From NCBI GenBank assembly GCA_030390025.1, contig CM059431.1, positions 100,194,001-100,258,000 on the forward strand: a stretch of 64,000 nucleotides of DNA, given 5' to 3'. The DNA is from Squalus acanthias (taxonomy: Eukaryota). This document shows, in pieces, positions 42,863-58,433 of this stretch (its first letter is position 1; each line of letters begins with the position of its first letter). The translations under genes were made by a program, and so were the position numbers. Below the pieces are notes generated by a model. That model worked only from the letters and a program-made list of their open reading frames with translations. It ran no database searches and was not told where the DNA came from.

Positions 42863-43827
42863 CGCACTGATTTATCTGTAGCGGCTGGTTAAACAAAAAT
42901 AATCGGAATAATGAATCCTTAAGTAAATTCTTCGGCTTCAAGTCTAATCTTTTCTTTTGACTAGAATAAAATAGTTCATATATATTCTGTTACTCAGAGA
43001 GTGTGAGAATGTGGAACTCGCTACCACAGGGAGTGGTTGAGGCATTTAAGGGGAAGCTGGATAAACACATGAGGGAGAAAGGAATAGAAGGATATGCTGA
43101 TAGGATAAGATGGAGAGGGGTGGCAGGAGGCTCATGTGGAGCATAAACACTGGCACGGACCAGTTGGGCCAAATGGCCTGTTTCTGTGCTGTAAATACTT
43201 TGTTATTACTGTAGCTTATTTTCCCTCTGGTTCTTTTGCCAATCACCTTCAATCTGTGTCCTCTGGTTACCCACCCTCCCACCAATGGAAACAGTTTCTC
43301 CTTATTTACTCAATCAAAACCATTCAGGATTTTGAACACCTCGATTTAAATCTTCACCTTAACCTTCTCTGCTCTAAGGAGAACAAGCCCAGCTTCTCCG
43401 GTCATCTTGTGATATGCAAGGCAGCTGGCAAAGGACAGTCATTCCCCGACGAGGAAAGGATTGCACAGTGCGAGGGAATGTGAGGATTAGGTTGTGACTC
43501 CCGAGAAGTGCACTGAAAACAGAGATGCTGGTCTGTTAGCAAAGACAGCTGACAGCGGGTAGTTATTAAAACTTGACCTGAAAGGTACAGCTTAAAATAA
43601 CTTGGAGAAACTGAGGGGATTAGAGTCGAACCATTGAGATTCCTCGAGGTGCATTTAACTGAACTCATGTACCGCTGACACTGAACCAAGAGAAGCTTAT
43701 TGCCTGCAAGGGAGAAATGCTGCACGTTACTGTGCCTGTCTGAAAAAGAACAGGTTTTCGTCTCCACCTTGGTCTAGAGAGTGGACCGGCCTTTTCTTCA
43801 CCTGCTCTCAGATTGGGCAAACATTAA

Positions 43828-44490
43828 AAAAGAAAAGTCTTGCATTTCTATAGCGCCTTTCATGGCCACCGGACGTCTCAAAGCACTTTACAGCCAATGA
43901 AGTACTTTTTGAAGTGTAGTCACTGTTGTAATGTAGGAAACACAGCAGCCAATTTGCGCACAGCAAGCTCCCACAAACAGCAATGTGATAATGACCAGAT
44001 AATCTGTTTTTGTTATGTTGATTGAGGGATAAATATTGGCCCCAGGACACCACTCCCCTGCTCTTCTTCAAAATAGTGGCCATGGGATCTTTTACGTCCA
44101 CCTGAGAGGGCAGACGGGGCCTCGGTTTAACTTCTCATCTGAAAGACGGCACCTCTGACAGTGCAGCGCTCCCTCAGCACTGTCCCTCCGACAGTCCGGC
44201 GCTCCCTCAGTACTGCCCCTCCGACAGTGCAGTGCTCCCTCAGTACTGCCCCTCCGACAGTGCAGCGCTCCCTCAGTACTGCCCCTCCGACAGTGCAGCG
44301 CTCCCTCAGTACTGCCCCTCCGACAGTGCGGCACTCCCTCAGTACTGCCCCTCCGACAGTGCAGCACTCCCTCAGCACTGCACTGGAGTTTCAGCCTAGA
44401 TTTTTGTGCTCAAGTCCCTGGAGTGGGATTTGAACCCACAACCTTCTGACTCAGAGACAAGGGTGCTACTCACTGAGCCACAGCTGACAC
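43828..44490 (-). mobile_element. Full-length Deu-domain SINE with 7-unit array
   Basis: Tail, core, array 44152-44381 and tRNA-like head, all reverse complement. Confidence 0.87.
44152..44381. repeat. 33-bp minisatellite, 7 units, inside a SINE
   Basis: Same unit. Confidence 0.96.
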
Positions 44491-44507
44491 AGTACATTAC
44501 ACTACAT

Positions 44508-45905
44508 CGGAAGAATTACAGGCCAGTGAGCCGAACATCAGTGGTAGGGAAATTATTTGAAAAAATTCTGAGGGACAGAATTAGTCTCCACTTGGAGAGG
44601 CAAGGATTAATCAAGGATAGTCAGCATGGCTTTGTCAGGGGGAGATCATGTCTGACCAATTTGATTGAATTTTTCGAGCGGGTGATTAGGTGTGTGGATG
44701 AGGGTAGTGCAGTTGATGTAGTCTACATGGACTTCAGTAAGGCTTTTGACAAAGTCCCACATGGGAGACTGGTCAAGAAGGTAAGAGCCCATGGGATCCA
44801 GGGCAATTTGGCACATTGGATCCAAAATTGGCTTAGTGGCAGGAGGCAGAGGGTGATGGTCGAAGGTTGTTTTTGTGACTGGAAGCCCGTGTCCAGTGGT
44901 GTACCACAGGGATCGGTGCTGGGTCCTTTGCTGTTTGTAGTGTACATTAATGATTTAGATATGAATGTAGGAGGTATGATCAGTAAGTTCGCAAATGACA
45001 CGAAAATTGGTGGAGTGGTAAATAGTGAGGAGGGAAGCCTCAGGCTATAGGACGATATAGACGGGTTGGTTAGATGGGCAGAACAATGGCAAATGGAATT
45101 TAACCCTGAAAAGTGTGAGGTGATGCATTTTGGGAGGACTCACAAGGCAAGGGAATACACAATGGATGGTAGGACCCTAGGAAAGACAGAGGATCAAAGG
45201 GACCTTGGTGTGCATGTACATAGATTCCTGAAGGCAGCAGGACAGGTAGATAAGGTGGTTAAAAAGGCATATGGGATACTTGCCTTCATTAGCCGAGGCA
45301 TAGAATATAAGAGCAGGGAGGTTATGATGGAGCTGTACAAAACGCTAGTTAGGCCACAGCTGGAATACTATGTGCAGTTCTGGTCGCCACACTATAGGAA
45401 GGATGTGATTGCATTGGAGAGGGTGCAGAGGAGATTCACCAGGATGTTACCTGGGCTGCAGCGCTTCAGCTATGAAGAGAGACTGGACAGGCTGGGGTTG
45501 TTTTCCTTAGAGCAGAGAAGGCTGAGGGGGGACCTGATTGAGGTGTACAAAATTATGAGGGGCATAGATAGGGTAGATAGAAAGGAACTTTTCCCCTTAG
45601 TAGAGGGGTCAATAACCAGGGGGCATAGTTTCAAGGTAAGGGGCAGGAGGTTTAGAGGGGATTTGAGGAAAAACTTTTTCACCCAGAGGGTGGTTGGAAT
45701 CTGGAACTCACTGCCTGAAAGGGTGGTAGAGGCAGGAACCCTCACAACATTCAAGAAGCATTTAGATGAGCACTTGAAACGCCATAGCATACAAGGCTAC
45801 GGACCAATTGCTGAAAATGGGATTAGAATAGACAGAGCTTGATGGCCGGCGCGGACACGATGGGCCGAAGGGCCTCTTTCTGTGCTGTATAACTCTATGA
45901 CTCTA
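44508..45905 (+). mobile_element. CR1-clade LINE (HER1-like) 3' portion with RT domain, inactivated
   Basis: NYRPVS, QHGF, DFSKAFD, GVPQGSVLGP; catalytic FADD changed to FAND; in-frame TAG 45048-45050; 3' end actctatgactctat. Confidence 0.93.
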
Positions 45906-46034
45906 TCGCTCTAATTCTGGTAATGTCTTGCGATGGCGAGACAATATCGTTTTTTGTGCTGACAAGCTTCAGTTTCTGATTGCCTACAATGGTCAGTGCC
46001 AGGTTATAGATCATTTGGGCATGTTGCAACCATG

Positions 46035-46335
46035 CACCCTCGCCTCTGAGTTAGAAGGTCGCGGGTTCAAGTCCCACTCCAGAGACTTGAGCACAAAAAT
46101 CTAGGCCGACACTCCCAGTGCGATACTGAGGGAGTGCTGCACTGTCAGAGGTGCCGTCTCTCGGATGAGACGTTAAACCGAGGCCCCATTTGCTCTCTCA
46201 AGTGCTCGTAAAAGATCCCATGGCACTATTTTGAAGAAGAGCTGGGGAGTTCTTCCAGGTGTCCTGGCCAATATTTATCCCTCAACCAACATCACTAAAA
46301 CAGATTATCAGGTCATTATCACATTGCTGTTTGTG
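46035..46335 (+). mobile_element. Partial Deu-domain SINE
   Basis: B box, hairpin and Deu core present; tail missing. Confidence 0.8.
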
Positions 46336-47340
46336 CTTAGTTTGCTTTTTTTTATGGCCTCGTTAACCTGTGTCGCTACTTTCAGTGATTTGTGTATTTG
46401 TACTCCGAGATCCCTTTGCTCCTCTACCCCATTTAGAGTCTTATTTTCCAAGTAATTTGTGACCTCCTTATTTTTCTTACCAAAATGTAATGACTCACAC
46501 TTATCTATAATTTTACCAAAGACTCTGAATAATACCACACCCAGCAAAGGTTTCAAACCCCGGTCCAGCATCGCCTCAGTTTTAAAATTCTCACCTATGT
46601 TTTCAAATCCCTCCATGACCTCGCTCCTCCCTATCTCTGTAACCTCCTCCAGCCCTTCAACCCTCCGAGATCTCTGCACTCCTCCAATTCTGGCCTCTTG
46701 AGCATCCCCGATTTTCTTCGCTCCACCATTGGCGGCCGTGCCTTCTGTTGCCTAGGCCCTAAGCTCTGGAATTCCCTCCCTGAACCTCTCCGCCTCTCTC
46801 TCCTTCTTTAAGACGCTCCTTAAAACCGACCTCTTTGACCAAGGTTTTGGTCACCTGTCCTAATATCTCCTTATGTGGCTCGGTGTCAAATTTTGTCTGA
46901 TAATCGCTCCTGTGAAGCACCTTGGGATGTTTTACTACATTAAAGGCGCAAGTTTTTTTTGTAATCTGATAATAACTTAAAAGCCACAGTTAGGATTAAA
47001 ATATCTTTTGGTACAGTATTGGTGCACCGCAACAGCTGTTAGCCATTGTCTTCAGTCCCCGCCACAAACTCCATCCCTCTCCCTGGCCAGTGTCTGAGGC
47101 TGAACCAGACTGTTCGCAACCTCGCCGTCCTATCTGACCCTGAGCTGAGTCTCCGACCCCACATCCTCTCCATCAGCCAGACCGCCGACTTCCACCTCCG
47201 TAACATCGCCCGTCTCCGCCCCTGCCTCAGCCCATCTGCTGCTGAAACCCTCATCCCTGCCTTTGTTACCTCTAGACTTGACTATTCCAACGCACTCCTG
47301 GCTGGCCTCCCACATTCTACCCTCCGTAAACTTGAGGTGA

Positions 47341-47673
<333 letters not shown>

Positions 47674-48289
47674 TAATGTGGAATAATTGTGTTAACAGTG
47701 GCGGCGATGGAACAGTTTCCCTGGGCTTTTGTGCGGCCATTTGCGATGTTTCGACATTCTTTTCAGCGCGGCGCCCCCTGCAGGAGATCTGTGGCGTGTG
47801 TGAGCAGGCAAAGCAACAGCTTTCAGCAATCAGATCGAAGAATCTTCAGAGACACACGGGGGGGGATTTTAACCCCCAAAAATGGGTGGGTTGGGGTCGG
47901 GTGGGAGGTTAAAGTGTTCAAAAACTGAATCCCAACCCCCTCACTTCCAGTTTTAACGGAGGTGGAACGGGGGGTGGGGTGGAGAGCAGGGGGCAGCCAA
48001 CCCGCTTCCAGGAGGCGGGTCACACCCCCTGTGATCGGAGACCCCCCCAACAAGGCCTCCGATCACCCCCCACCCCCAACAAGGCCTCCGATCTCCTCCC
48101 AAGGCCTCTGATTCCCCCCAACGAGGCCTCCGATCTTTTCCCCCCTCACCCCCATTCTCCCGGGTTTCCCAAATGCTTTCTAGCCTCCCCCCACCCCCAC
48201 CTCGCTCCCAACCCGCCTCCCAATTAAAATTCCGGGCGCAGAGTCTAAACCAGGAAGTAGAATTTAGAATATTTAATTCAATGTAAAAT

Positions 48290-49168
<879 letters not shown>

Positions 49169-49417
49169 TAACCCTGATGCACAATTTGATATCTTAGCTC
49201 CCTGTGTTTTGCATAACTCAATGCCGAAGTTATTGCTACGATTTATGTAGTTTAATGAAAAAAAAAAGGTATAGCTTTACAAACTGCACCCCACCCCTAA
49301 ATAATTTCACACAATCCTTATAGTTACTTTACAGTAAACATCGCATTTGAGAAGATTTGATTGTTGTACTAAATTGAAAGTTGTTGTATTAATTGATTAG
49401 CCATTGTTTTCGGTTCC

Positions 49418-50240
49418 CGCCACAAACTTCGTTCCCTGGCCACTGACTCCATCCCTCTCCCTAACATCTGTCTGTGGCTGAACCACACTGTTCGCAACCT
49501 TGGTGTCATATTTGACCCTGAACTGAGCTTCCGACCACATATCCGTGGCATAACTAAGACCGCCTATTTCCACCTCCGTAACATCGCCCGCCTCCGCCCT
49601 TACCTCAGCTCATCTGCTGCTGAAACCCTCATCCATGCCTTTGTTACCTCTAGACTTGACTATTCCAACACACTCCTGGCCGGCCTCCCACATTCTATCC
49701 AACGTAAACATGAGGTCATCCAAAACTCGGCTGCCCGTGTCCTAACTGGCACCAAGTCCCGTTCCCCCATCACCCCTGTGCTCACTGACCTACATTGGCT
49801 CCCGGTTAAGCAGCGCCTCGATTTCAAAATTCTCATCCTTGTTTTCAAATCCCTCCATGGCCTCGCCCCTCCCTATCTCTGTAACCTCCTTCAGCCCCAC
49901 AACCCCCAACCCCCCCCCCCCCCCCCCCCGAGATAGCTGCGCTCCTCTAATTCTGCCCTCTTGAGCATCCCTGATTATAATCGCTCAACCATTGGTGGCC
50001 ATGCCTTCTGTTGCCTGGGCCCTAAGCTCTGGAATTCCCTCCCTAAACCTCTCTCTCTCTCTTTCCTCCTTTAAGATGCTCCTTAAAACCTACCTCTTTG
50101 ACCAAGCTTTTGGTCACCTGCCCTAATTTATCCTTATGTGACTCGGTGTCAAATTTTTTTTTGTCTTAAAATACTCCTGTGCAGCGCCTTGGGATGTTTT
50201 TCTACGTTAAAGGCGCTATATAAATACAAGTTGTTGTTGT
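49418..50240 (+). mobile_element. L2-clade LINE 3' fragment
   Basis: Close match to 1386-2110; smaller relatives at about 4003-4262(-), 28170-28490(-), 35263-35610(+), 46575-46950(+), 47055-47450(+). Confidence 0.88.
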
Positions 50241-50359
50241 TATTGGAAAATTGATTTTAAGTGAAGCGATCCAATAAATCATCTTAATCAGGATGGAAAA
50301 TGTATTTGAAAGTGAAGTGAACTTAACAGTGAATTAATTTTCTTGTCCTGATTTTTTAG

Positions 50360-50548
<189 letters not shown>

Positions 50549-50865
50549 TAACATCCTACGGCGAATGAGTCAGAGAGTATTAGAGTCCCCTTATTTTCAA
50601 CCCAGCTTTCAGTCACATCGCCTAACGTTCACAAGTGGCGAGGCAAAGAATAAGCTACCCCACTTTCCTTGTTTACAGATTATTTTCTTCCTCCTCTGTG
50701 ACGTACCTTGGGATGCTTTCAACTTTCGAAGTGCTGTATAAATGCGAGTTGTTGTTATTGGTTTAGTTTTCCATGGTTTTGCATTATTAAAGCACTTAAA
50801 GAAACGCTATGCCTCTAGCAAAATGTTTAGAATATAGAAGGGCACAAGACCAGTAAAGGAGACAA

Positions 50866-51500
50866 CTGCAACAACTTGTATTTATACAGCGCCTTTAACG
50901 TAGTAAAATGTCCCAAGACGCTTCGCAGGAGCGATTATCAAACAAAATTTGACATCGAGCCACATGAGATATTAGGGACAGGTGACCAAAAGCTTGGTCA
51001 AAGAGGTAGGTTTTAAGGAGCGTCTTAAAGGAGGAGAGAGAGGCGGAGAGGTTTAGGGAGGGAATTCCAGAGCTTAGGGCCCAGGCAGCTGAAGGCACGG
51101 CCACCAATGGTGGAGCGATTAAAATCGGGGATGCACAAGGGGCCAGAATTAGAGGAACACTGATATCTCCGGGGGTTGTGAGGCTGGAGGAAGTTACAGA
51201 GATAGGGAGGTGCGAAGCCATGGAGGGATTTGAAAACAAGGATGAGAATTTTAAAATTGAGGCGTTGCTTAACTGGGAGCCAATGTAGGTCAGCGAGCAC
51301 AGGGGGTGATGGATGAACGGGATGGAACGAGAGGCGGAGAGGTTTAGATAGGAAATTCCAGAGCTAAGGGCCTCGGCAGCTGAAGGCACGGCCGCCAAAG
51401 GTGGGGCGATGAAAATCGGGGGATGTGCAAGAGGCCGGAATTGGAGGAGCGCAGAGATCTCGGAGGGCTGTAGAGTTGGAGGAGGTTACAGAGATAGGGA
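50866..51500 (-). mobile_element. L2-clade LINE 3' fragments
   Basis: LADLHWLPVKQRLNFKIL on the minus strand; reverse tail caacaacttgtatttatacagcgcc. Confidence 0.86.
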
Positions 51501-52161
51501 GAATATAAGAACATAAGAAATAGGAGCAGGAGTAGGCCATTCGGCCCCTCGAGCCTGCTCCGCAATTCAATAAGATCATGGCTGATCTTCTACCTCATCT
51601 CCACTTTCCTGCACTATCCCCATATCCCTTGATTCCCTTAATATTCAAAAATCTATCGATCTCAGCCTTGAATATACTCAACGACTGAGCCTCCACAGCC
51701 CTCTGGGGTAGAGAATTCCAAAGATTCACCACCCTCTGGTGGCCGAGGGGCCGAGGCCATGGAGGGGTTTAAACTCAATGATGAGAATTAATTAACCTTG
51801 AAATAATGGGAACAACACAACCTCTAACTCAACTATTAAGTTTGTTTTTAATATTGTTGGTAACAATCACGTTGTAGTAAATGTCACTGAGATGCCTCAG
51901 ACATGGGTTTTAGTGGTGAGCCGTGGAGCATGGGAGATAAAGAGTTAACTTCGAATAAGAGCCAGACATCTAAAACTCCCATTTAATCAGAAGTTGAGGA
52001 AAGTAAAATTCCACTTATACTCCTTTTCCTTTCTCATCATTTTATGTTCCATATTTATGCATCAGTCCATGAAAAAGAACTATGCTTAAAGGCACTCGCT
52101 GCCCCGGTGGATTGATAGGGTGATCATTTCACCAGGTTTGTAAGAGAGTCATGCGGTCTAA

Positions 52162-53020
52162 TCATAGTCATAGAGTCATAACGGCGCAGAAAGAGGCCAT
52201 TCGGCCCATCGAGTCCATGCCGGCTCTCTGTAGAGCAATCCAGTCAGCCCCATTCCCACGCTCTATCCCCGGAGCCCTGCAAGTTTATTTCCCTCAAGTG
52301 CCTATCCAGTCTCCCCTTGAAAACATTGAGTGTCTCCACTTCCACCACTTCCGTCGGCAGCGAGTTCCAGGTCCTCACCACTCGCTGCGTAAAAAAGTTT
52401 TTCCTCACATACCCCCTGTGTCTCTTGCCCAAAACCTTAAATCTGTGTCCCCTAGTCCTTGTACCATCAACTAGTGGGAACAGCCTTTCCCCGTCTAGCC
52501 TATCCAAACCCGTCATAATCTTGTACACCTCTATCAAATCACACCTCAACCTCCTTTGCTCTAATGAAAACAAATCCAGCTTCTTCAACCTGTCCTTGTA
52601 GCTAAGATCCCCCATCCCCAGAACCATTCTGGTAAATCTCCTCTGCACCCTCTCAAGGGCCTTCACATCCTTCCTAAAGTGTGGTGACCAGAACTGGACG
52701 CAATACTCCAGTTGTGGCCTAACCAGCACTTTATAAAGGTTCAGCATAACTTCTCTCCTTTTGTACTCAATACCTCTATTTATGAAACCCAAGATCCCAT
52801 ATGCTTTGTTAACCACTCTCTCAATATGTCCTGCCACCTTCAGGGACCTATGCACATTAACTCTCAGGTCCCTCTGTCCCTGCACACTCTTTAAAACTGT
52901 GCCATTAAGTGTATATTGCCTCTCCCTGTTCCTTCTGCCAAAATGCATCAACCTCACACTTCTCTGTGTTAAATTCCATCTGCCACTTGTCTGCCCATTC
53001 TGCTAGCCTTTCTATGTCCT
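52162..53020 (-). mobile_element. CR1-clade LINE 3' fragment
   Basis: ORF 52244-52957 with LVRPQLEYCVQFWSP and FFTQRVV..WNSLP. Confidence 0.92.
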
Positions 53021-53312
53021 GTTACAGTCCATGTTATTGGTTAGGCAATGATTACATTGTTGAACACGTCCCCACAAAAAAACTATATTTTTTTTACAAG
53101 AAAAGATTCCCTGTGGAAAATGATAGGCCGCCTAACTTTTCAAGTGGTGATTGCAAAAGTAAGTTCCAGCCTTAATTAGTTAATGAGGCCTGGCTGAAGT
53201 TCAGCTCCCAGTAGCTGCAGTGTGGAATCCACTGCGCCGCCCCTTGAACCACGGAATGGAAATTTGGTGGTCATTAAATGTACGAAACTGTTGAAATACG
53301 GTAAGATTTGTT

Positions 53313-54028
53313 GGGCCGTATTTTCCGATCGGAGACTTCCTGCGTGCGGAGGCCTCCGATCTGGAAAAAATCTACGGACTTACCTGAGGGCTCCCGAGGT
53401 CCGGACACTTCCGCTCCTGGGCCTCTCCAACTCCAAGTGCGCAGGGCCCACGTATCCCAGAGGCGCATGTGGTTCGCAGCGTCCCTGGGATCACGTGGGC
53501 CATGGGGAGCCAATAGGAGAAGGGAATCTCCCTTCATACACTTGACAGATAGACCCATCAAATATATGAATGGAGATCACCCCAAAAACACTGTAAAAGA
53601 TTAAATACATTTTTTTTTAATCACATTTTTAAAATGAGTTGAAATTACAATAAATTAAATATTTTATACAAAAATTTAATTTTTTGAAAAAAGAAAGTTT
53701 ATTTTTAGCCCCGTAAAAAACTTACCTTTTTTAAAGTATTTTTAAATGATAAACGAGTGGGAAAAAAATTATTTATTTTTTTACTTTTTTCAAATCTTAT
53801 GCAGGCGTAAGATTTCTAAGGGTTTTCAGCGGGCAGAGGTTCTGCAGAAAGTGGAACTCTCCCCCCCGCAGAGGCCCTTCTCCAGGGCAGGCGTCCGATC
53901 TGTCAAGAGGATTCTTGCCAGATCGGAAATGCTGGTTTTCAGCGCCTGCGCTTGGCACGCCTGAAACCGGCATTTCCGATGCCCCTACACAGCTCGTACA
54001 CACCCGTAGGGATCGGAAAATACGGGCC
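53313..54028 (+). mobile_element. MITE family A copy
   Basis: 18-bp TIR gggccgtattttccgatc/gatcggaaaatacgggcc (1 mismatch). Confidence 0.85.
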
Positions 54029-54559
54029 AAAGATTGTGGTGATTTGAATACAAGATGATCAACACTTTGTAGTTTAAATTCTATCTTTCGTTGTAGAGAC
54101 CTGAGGAATCTGTGCAAATCTAGCTTCTTTCCATCTGTAGTGGGAATGAAATTGAGACGTATCTGCCAATTAAACAATTTTGGAGCTCAAGATTATGTCC
54201 TGTATACAGATTAAATCATTCAATCTAGGCTCCTGTGATTTTATTTTCCAACCATTAAATTTTACATTCTTCAGAATCTGGGTTATCTTTAGGAACATAA
54301 GAATTAGGAGCAGGAGTCGGCCATTCGGCCCCTCGAGCCTGCTCCGCCATTTAATAAGATCATGGCTGATCTTCGACCTCATCTCCCTTTCCCGCCCGAT
54401 CCCCATATCCCTTGATGCTCAGGTGAACCTTTTTCAATAAATACATTTGCATTAAAAAAAAGAGTAAAAAGATGTAAAAACTGAGAAGTTCCGCTTCAGT
54501 ATGGCATCAGGATCTTGGACTCGTTCCTTAAATGAAAGCCTTGCATTTGATAACTTTAG

Positions 54560-55589
54560 TCTCCGTATTAATAATAAAAAGGATGTAGAGGGACTGGAGA
54601 GTGCGCGCAAAAAAAGATCTACAAGGGTGATACCAGAACTGCGAGGTTATACCCATCAGGAAAGGATGAACAGGCTGGGGCTCTTTTCTCTTGAAAAGGG
54701 AAGGCCGAGGAGTGACCAATAGAGGTCTTTAAAACGATGAAAGGTTTTGACAGACGCAAAGAGTGGCCTAGAAATTAGTCTGGGGCAGTGGTGCAAAACG
54801 GGCGGTATCAGTTCAGCCTCCTGTTACACGCAGCGTCTGATACTCCGTTCCATTGACTGCCACCGTCCCAGACAAATTTCAAGCCCAGAATGTTTCCACT
54901 TGTGGGGAAGAGCAAATCTAGAGGCCATCAATAGAAGACAGTCACTAATAAATCCAATAGGGAATTCAGAAGAAACTTCTTCACCCAGAGAGTGGTGAGA
55001 ATGTGGAACTCGCTACCACAGGGAGTGGTTGAGGCGAATAGTATAGATGCATTTAAGGGGAAGCTAGATAAACATATGAGGGAGAAGGGAATAGAGGGTT
55101 ATGCTGATAGATTTAGATGAGGAAAGATGGGAGGAGGCTCGAGTGGAGCATAAACGCCGGCATGGACTGGTTGGGCCGACTGGCCTGTTTCTGTGCCGTA
55201 TATCCCGTGTAATTCGTTTTCCAGTAAGTGTAACAAAGCAGCTCGTCAACCAAACCAAACGAGTCCTCCTCAAATGCTGACTTGGTCCACCTCGAGAAAG
55301 ATTAAACATGTTTAAGAAGCGGAGATTCACTACATTCCCGGGCCCAGCTGCTGCAGGAGTTGATACAGGGCAATGGGAGTAAATTTTAAAAAAAGTAGGC
55401 AACCATACTGTGTAAAAAGGAGCAAGTGGCAGCTCTGAACCCGAGTAGTTAGATGAGGGAGAAGGGAATAGAGGGTTACGCTGATAGGGTGAGATGAGGA
55501 AAGACGGGAGGAGGCTCGAGCGGAGCATAAACACCGGCATGGACTGGTTGGGCCGAATGGCCTGTTTCTGTGCCGTATATCCTGTGTAA
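54560..55589 (+). mobile_element. CR1 3' fragment (54560-55212, MITE-interrupted) plus a second 3' end (55453-55589)
   Basis: Two similar 3' UTRs ending tatatcctgtgtaa/tatatcccgtgtaa. Confidence 0.82.
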
Positions 55590-55599
55590 CATTTCTTGA

Positions 55600-55749
<150 letters not shown>

Positions 55750-55967
55750 TAGTGTTTTTTGGAGTAATGTCACGTCACTATTCTCTTTGCAAAATGACCT
55801 GTGTTGTGAAGAGGTGTGAACTTTGTGCGGACTTTGGGCCTCTTCTTTCACTCGTCTACTTCCCCGTTTGAGCTGCTGGAGTACGCTGCGCCAACTCTCA
55901 AACTACACAGAGCCAGACAACATTTTATCCATTTGGTGTGCGACCTGGCTGTGTCAGCTGCTGTTTG

Positions 55968-56280
55968 GTGTCGGCTGTGGCTGAGTGGGTAACCTCGGAG
56001 TCAGAAGGTTGTGGATTGACAGTCCTCGCTCCAGAGACTTGAGCACAAAAAATTCTAGGCTGACACTCCCAGTGCAGTGCTGAGTGAGCGCCGCACTGTC
56101 GGAGGTGGACAATATTTATCCCTCAACCAACATCATAAAAAAAAAAGAGATTATCTGGTCATAGCTGTTTTTGGGAGCTTGCTGTGCGTAATTTGGCTGT
56201 CACATTACAACAGTGACTACACACCATTGGCTGTAAAGAGCTTTGGGACATCCTCAGGATGTGATAGGTGCTATAGAGAT
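55968..56280 (+). mobile_element. Internally deleted Deu-domain SINE
   Basis: Head, hairpin and tail present; most of the Deu core is missing. Confidence 0.75.
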
Positions 56281-56481
56281 GTTTATAAGGGAAAATAATC
56301 CAAAGCACACAAATAAACTAGAGCTTACGAAAATTAAAATGAAGTATGTAAAAACAATTGAAAAATGTTAAGCTAGGGGCAGTTTATACGGCATGAATAA
56401 AACTTGCTACCAGATAACTTTATTTGCTGAGCTTGTCTCCAGCACCAGAAACAGATCCAATCTGACCTGCCCACTTTTAGA

Positions 56482-56792
56482 TGAAAACAGAAAATGCTGG
56501 AAACACTCGGCAGGTCAGGCAGCATCTGTGGAGAGAGAAACCGAGTTAACGTTTCAGGTCAATGGCCCTTCGTCAGAACTGGAAAAAGTTAGAGATGTAA
56601 CAGATTTTTAAGCAAGTGAAGGGAAAGGGGGAGGGGAGGAAAGAACAAAAGGGAAGGTCTGTGATAGGGTGGAAGGCAGGAGAGATTAAATGACAAAAGG
56701 GATGATGGGACATGGCAAAAGGAGATGGTGATGGGACAAGTTAAGAAAGAAAAGTTGGGTCTCGAGGAGGTGTAAATGGAAATGGCAGAATC
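56482..56792 (-). mobile_element. Penelope-like 3'-terminal fragment with hammerhead-like motif
   Basis: Reverse complement of the proximal part matches 15975-16075 (cagttctgacgaagggccattgacctgaaacgttaactcggtttctctctccacagatgctgcc); distal boundary approximate. Confidence 0.8.
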
Positions 56793-56897
56793 ATTTTTTT
56801 TAGACTTTAAATATTCATTGGGGTCTCATAGTTTCCCTTGGGTCATTAATTATCTTTCTTTTCTTGGAAATCGATGCTTAATACAATGCCTGTACAG

Positions 56898-57507
<610 letters not shown>

Positions 57508-57993
57508 TAATTTTTTTTCTCCCCCTCTGCTAAATGTTTGGCTAAGGTAAGACCAGTTTTCATTATTGTGTATCCAGGGTTGTCGACCACTGTTGGAGCT
57601 TTATTACTGACGAGCAAGGTCATTCTTACAGTCGAGGCTTTTTGTTTAACTGGTGCGTTACCCTACAGTAAAGGAACACACACAAACATTCATTTATTTT
57701 AGGTGGAAAAACTCACACGTGCAGATGGAATTTATTTGTAAATAGATTGAACTTATTACCTCTACTGATGGTTTTTCAGTGCTGCACCTATCTGTGTACT
57801 GGGAATAACACAGTGTCATGGTGAGGACAGCCTGTGAGCGCAATACAAAATTACTTTTTTAAGAAGTAGAGGAGTAAGTGCAATAACTTTCCTCTAGATG
57901 TGACCCCAAGTTGAGGTTTTTATTTAAATTACTTTTTTTTTTAAAGTTATCTCCCTGTAGTCAGTTTTGCTGAAGGACATACCCCGGAATGAT

Positions 57994-58433
57994 TTTTATT
58001 CATTCGCGGGATGTGGGCGTCGCTGGCAAGGCCGGCATTTGTTACCCATCCCGAGTCGCCCTCGAGAAGGTGGTGGTGAGCCGCCGCCTTGAACCGCTGA
58101 AGCTTTTCCCTACGGGTTTTGATATAACTCGCTCGGCCGTTTCAGGGGGCAGTTAAGAGTCCACCACATTGCTGTGGGTCTGGCATCACATATCGGCCAG
58201 ACCGGGTAAAAGTGGCAGATTTCCTTCCCTAAAGGACATTAGTGAACCAGATGGGATTTTACGACAACTGATGGTCACCATCACTGATACTAGCTTTTTA
58301 TTCCAGATTTATTTAATTAAGTGAATTTAAATTCCCCAGCTGCCGTGGTGGGATTTGAACTCATGTCTCTGAATCATTAGTCCAGGCCTCTGTATTACTC
58401 GCCCCGTAACATAACCGCTGTGCTGCCGTACCC
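57994..58433 (-). mobile_element. Second tRNA-derived SINE family sharing its 3' tail with the LINE at 59073-59730
   Basis: Minus-strand A-box-like cagcacagcgg and B box gagttcaaatccc (58350-58362); about 100-nt tail matches 59625-59730. Confidence 0.7.

Noticed and set aside
44406..45842. Active LINE reverse transcriptase
   Set aside because: 5'-truncated with no endonuclease, an in-frame stop at 45048 and a catalytic Asp changed to Asn.
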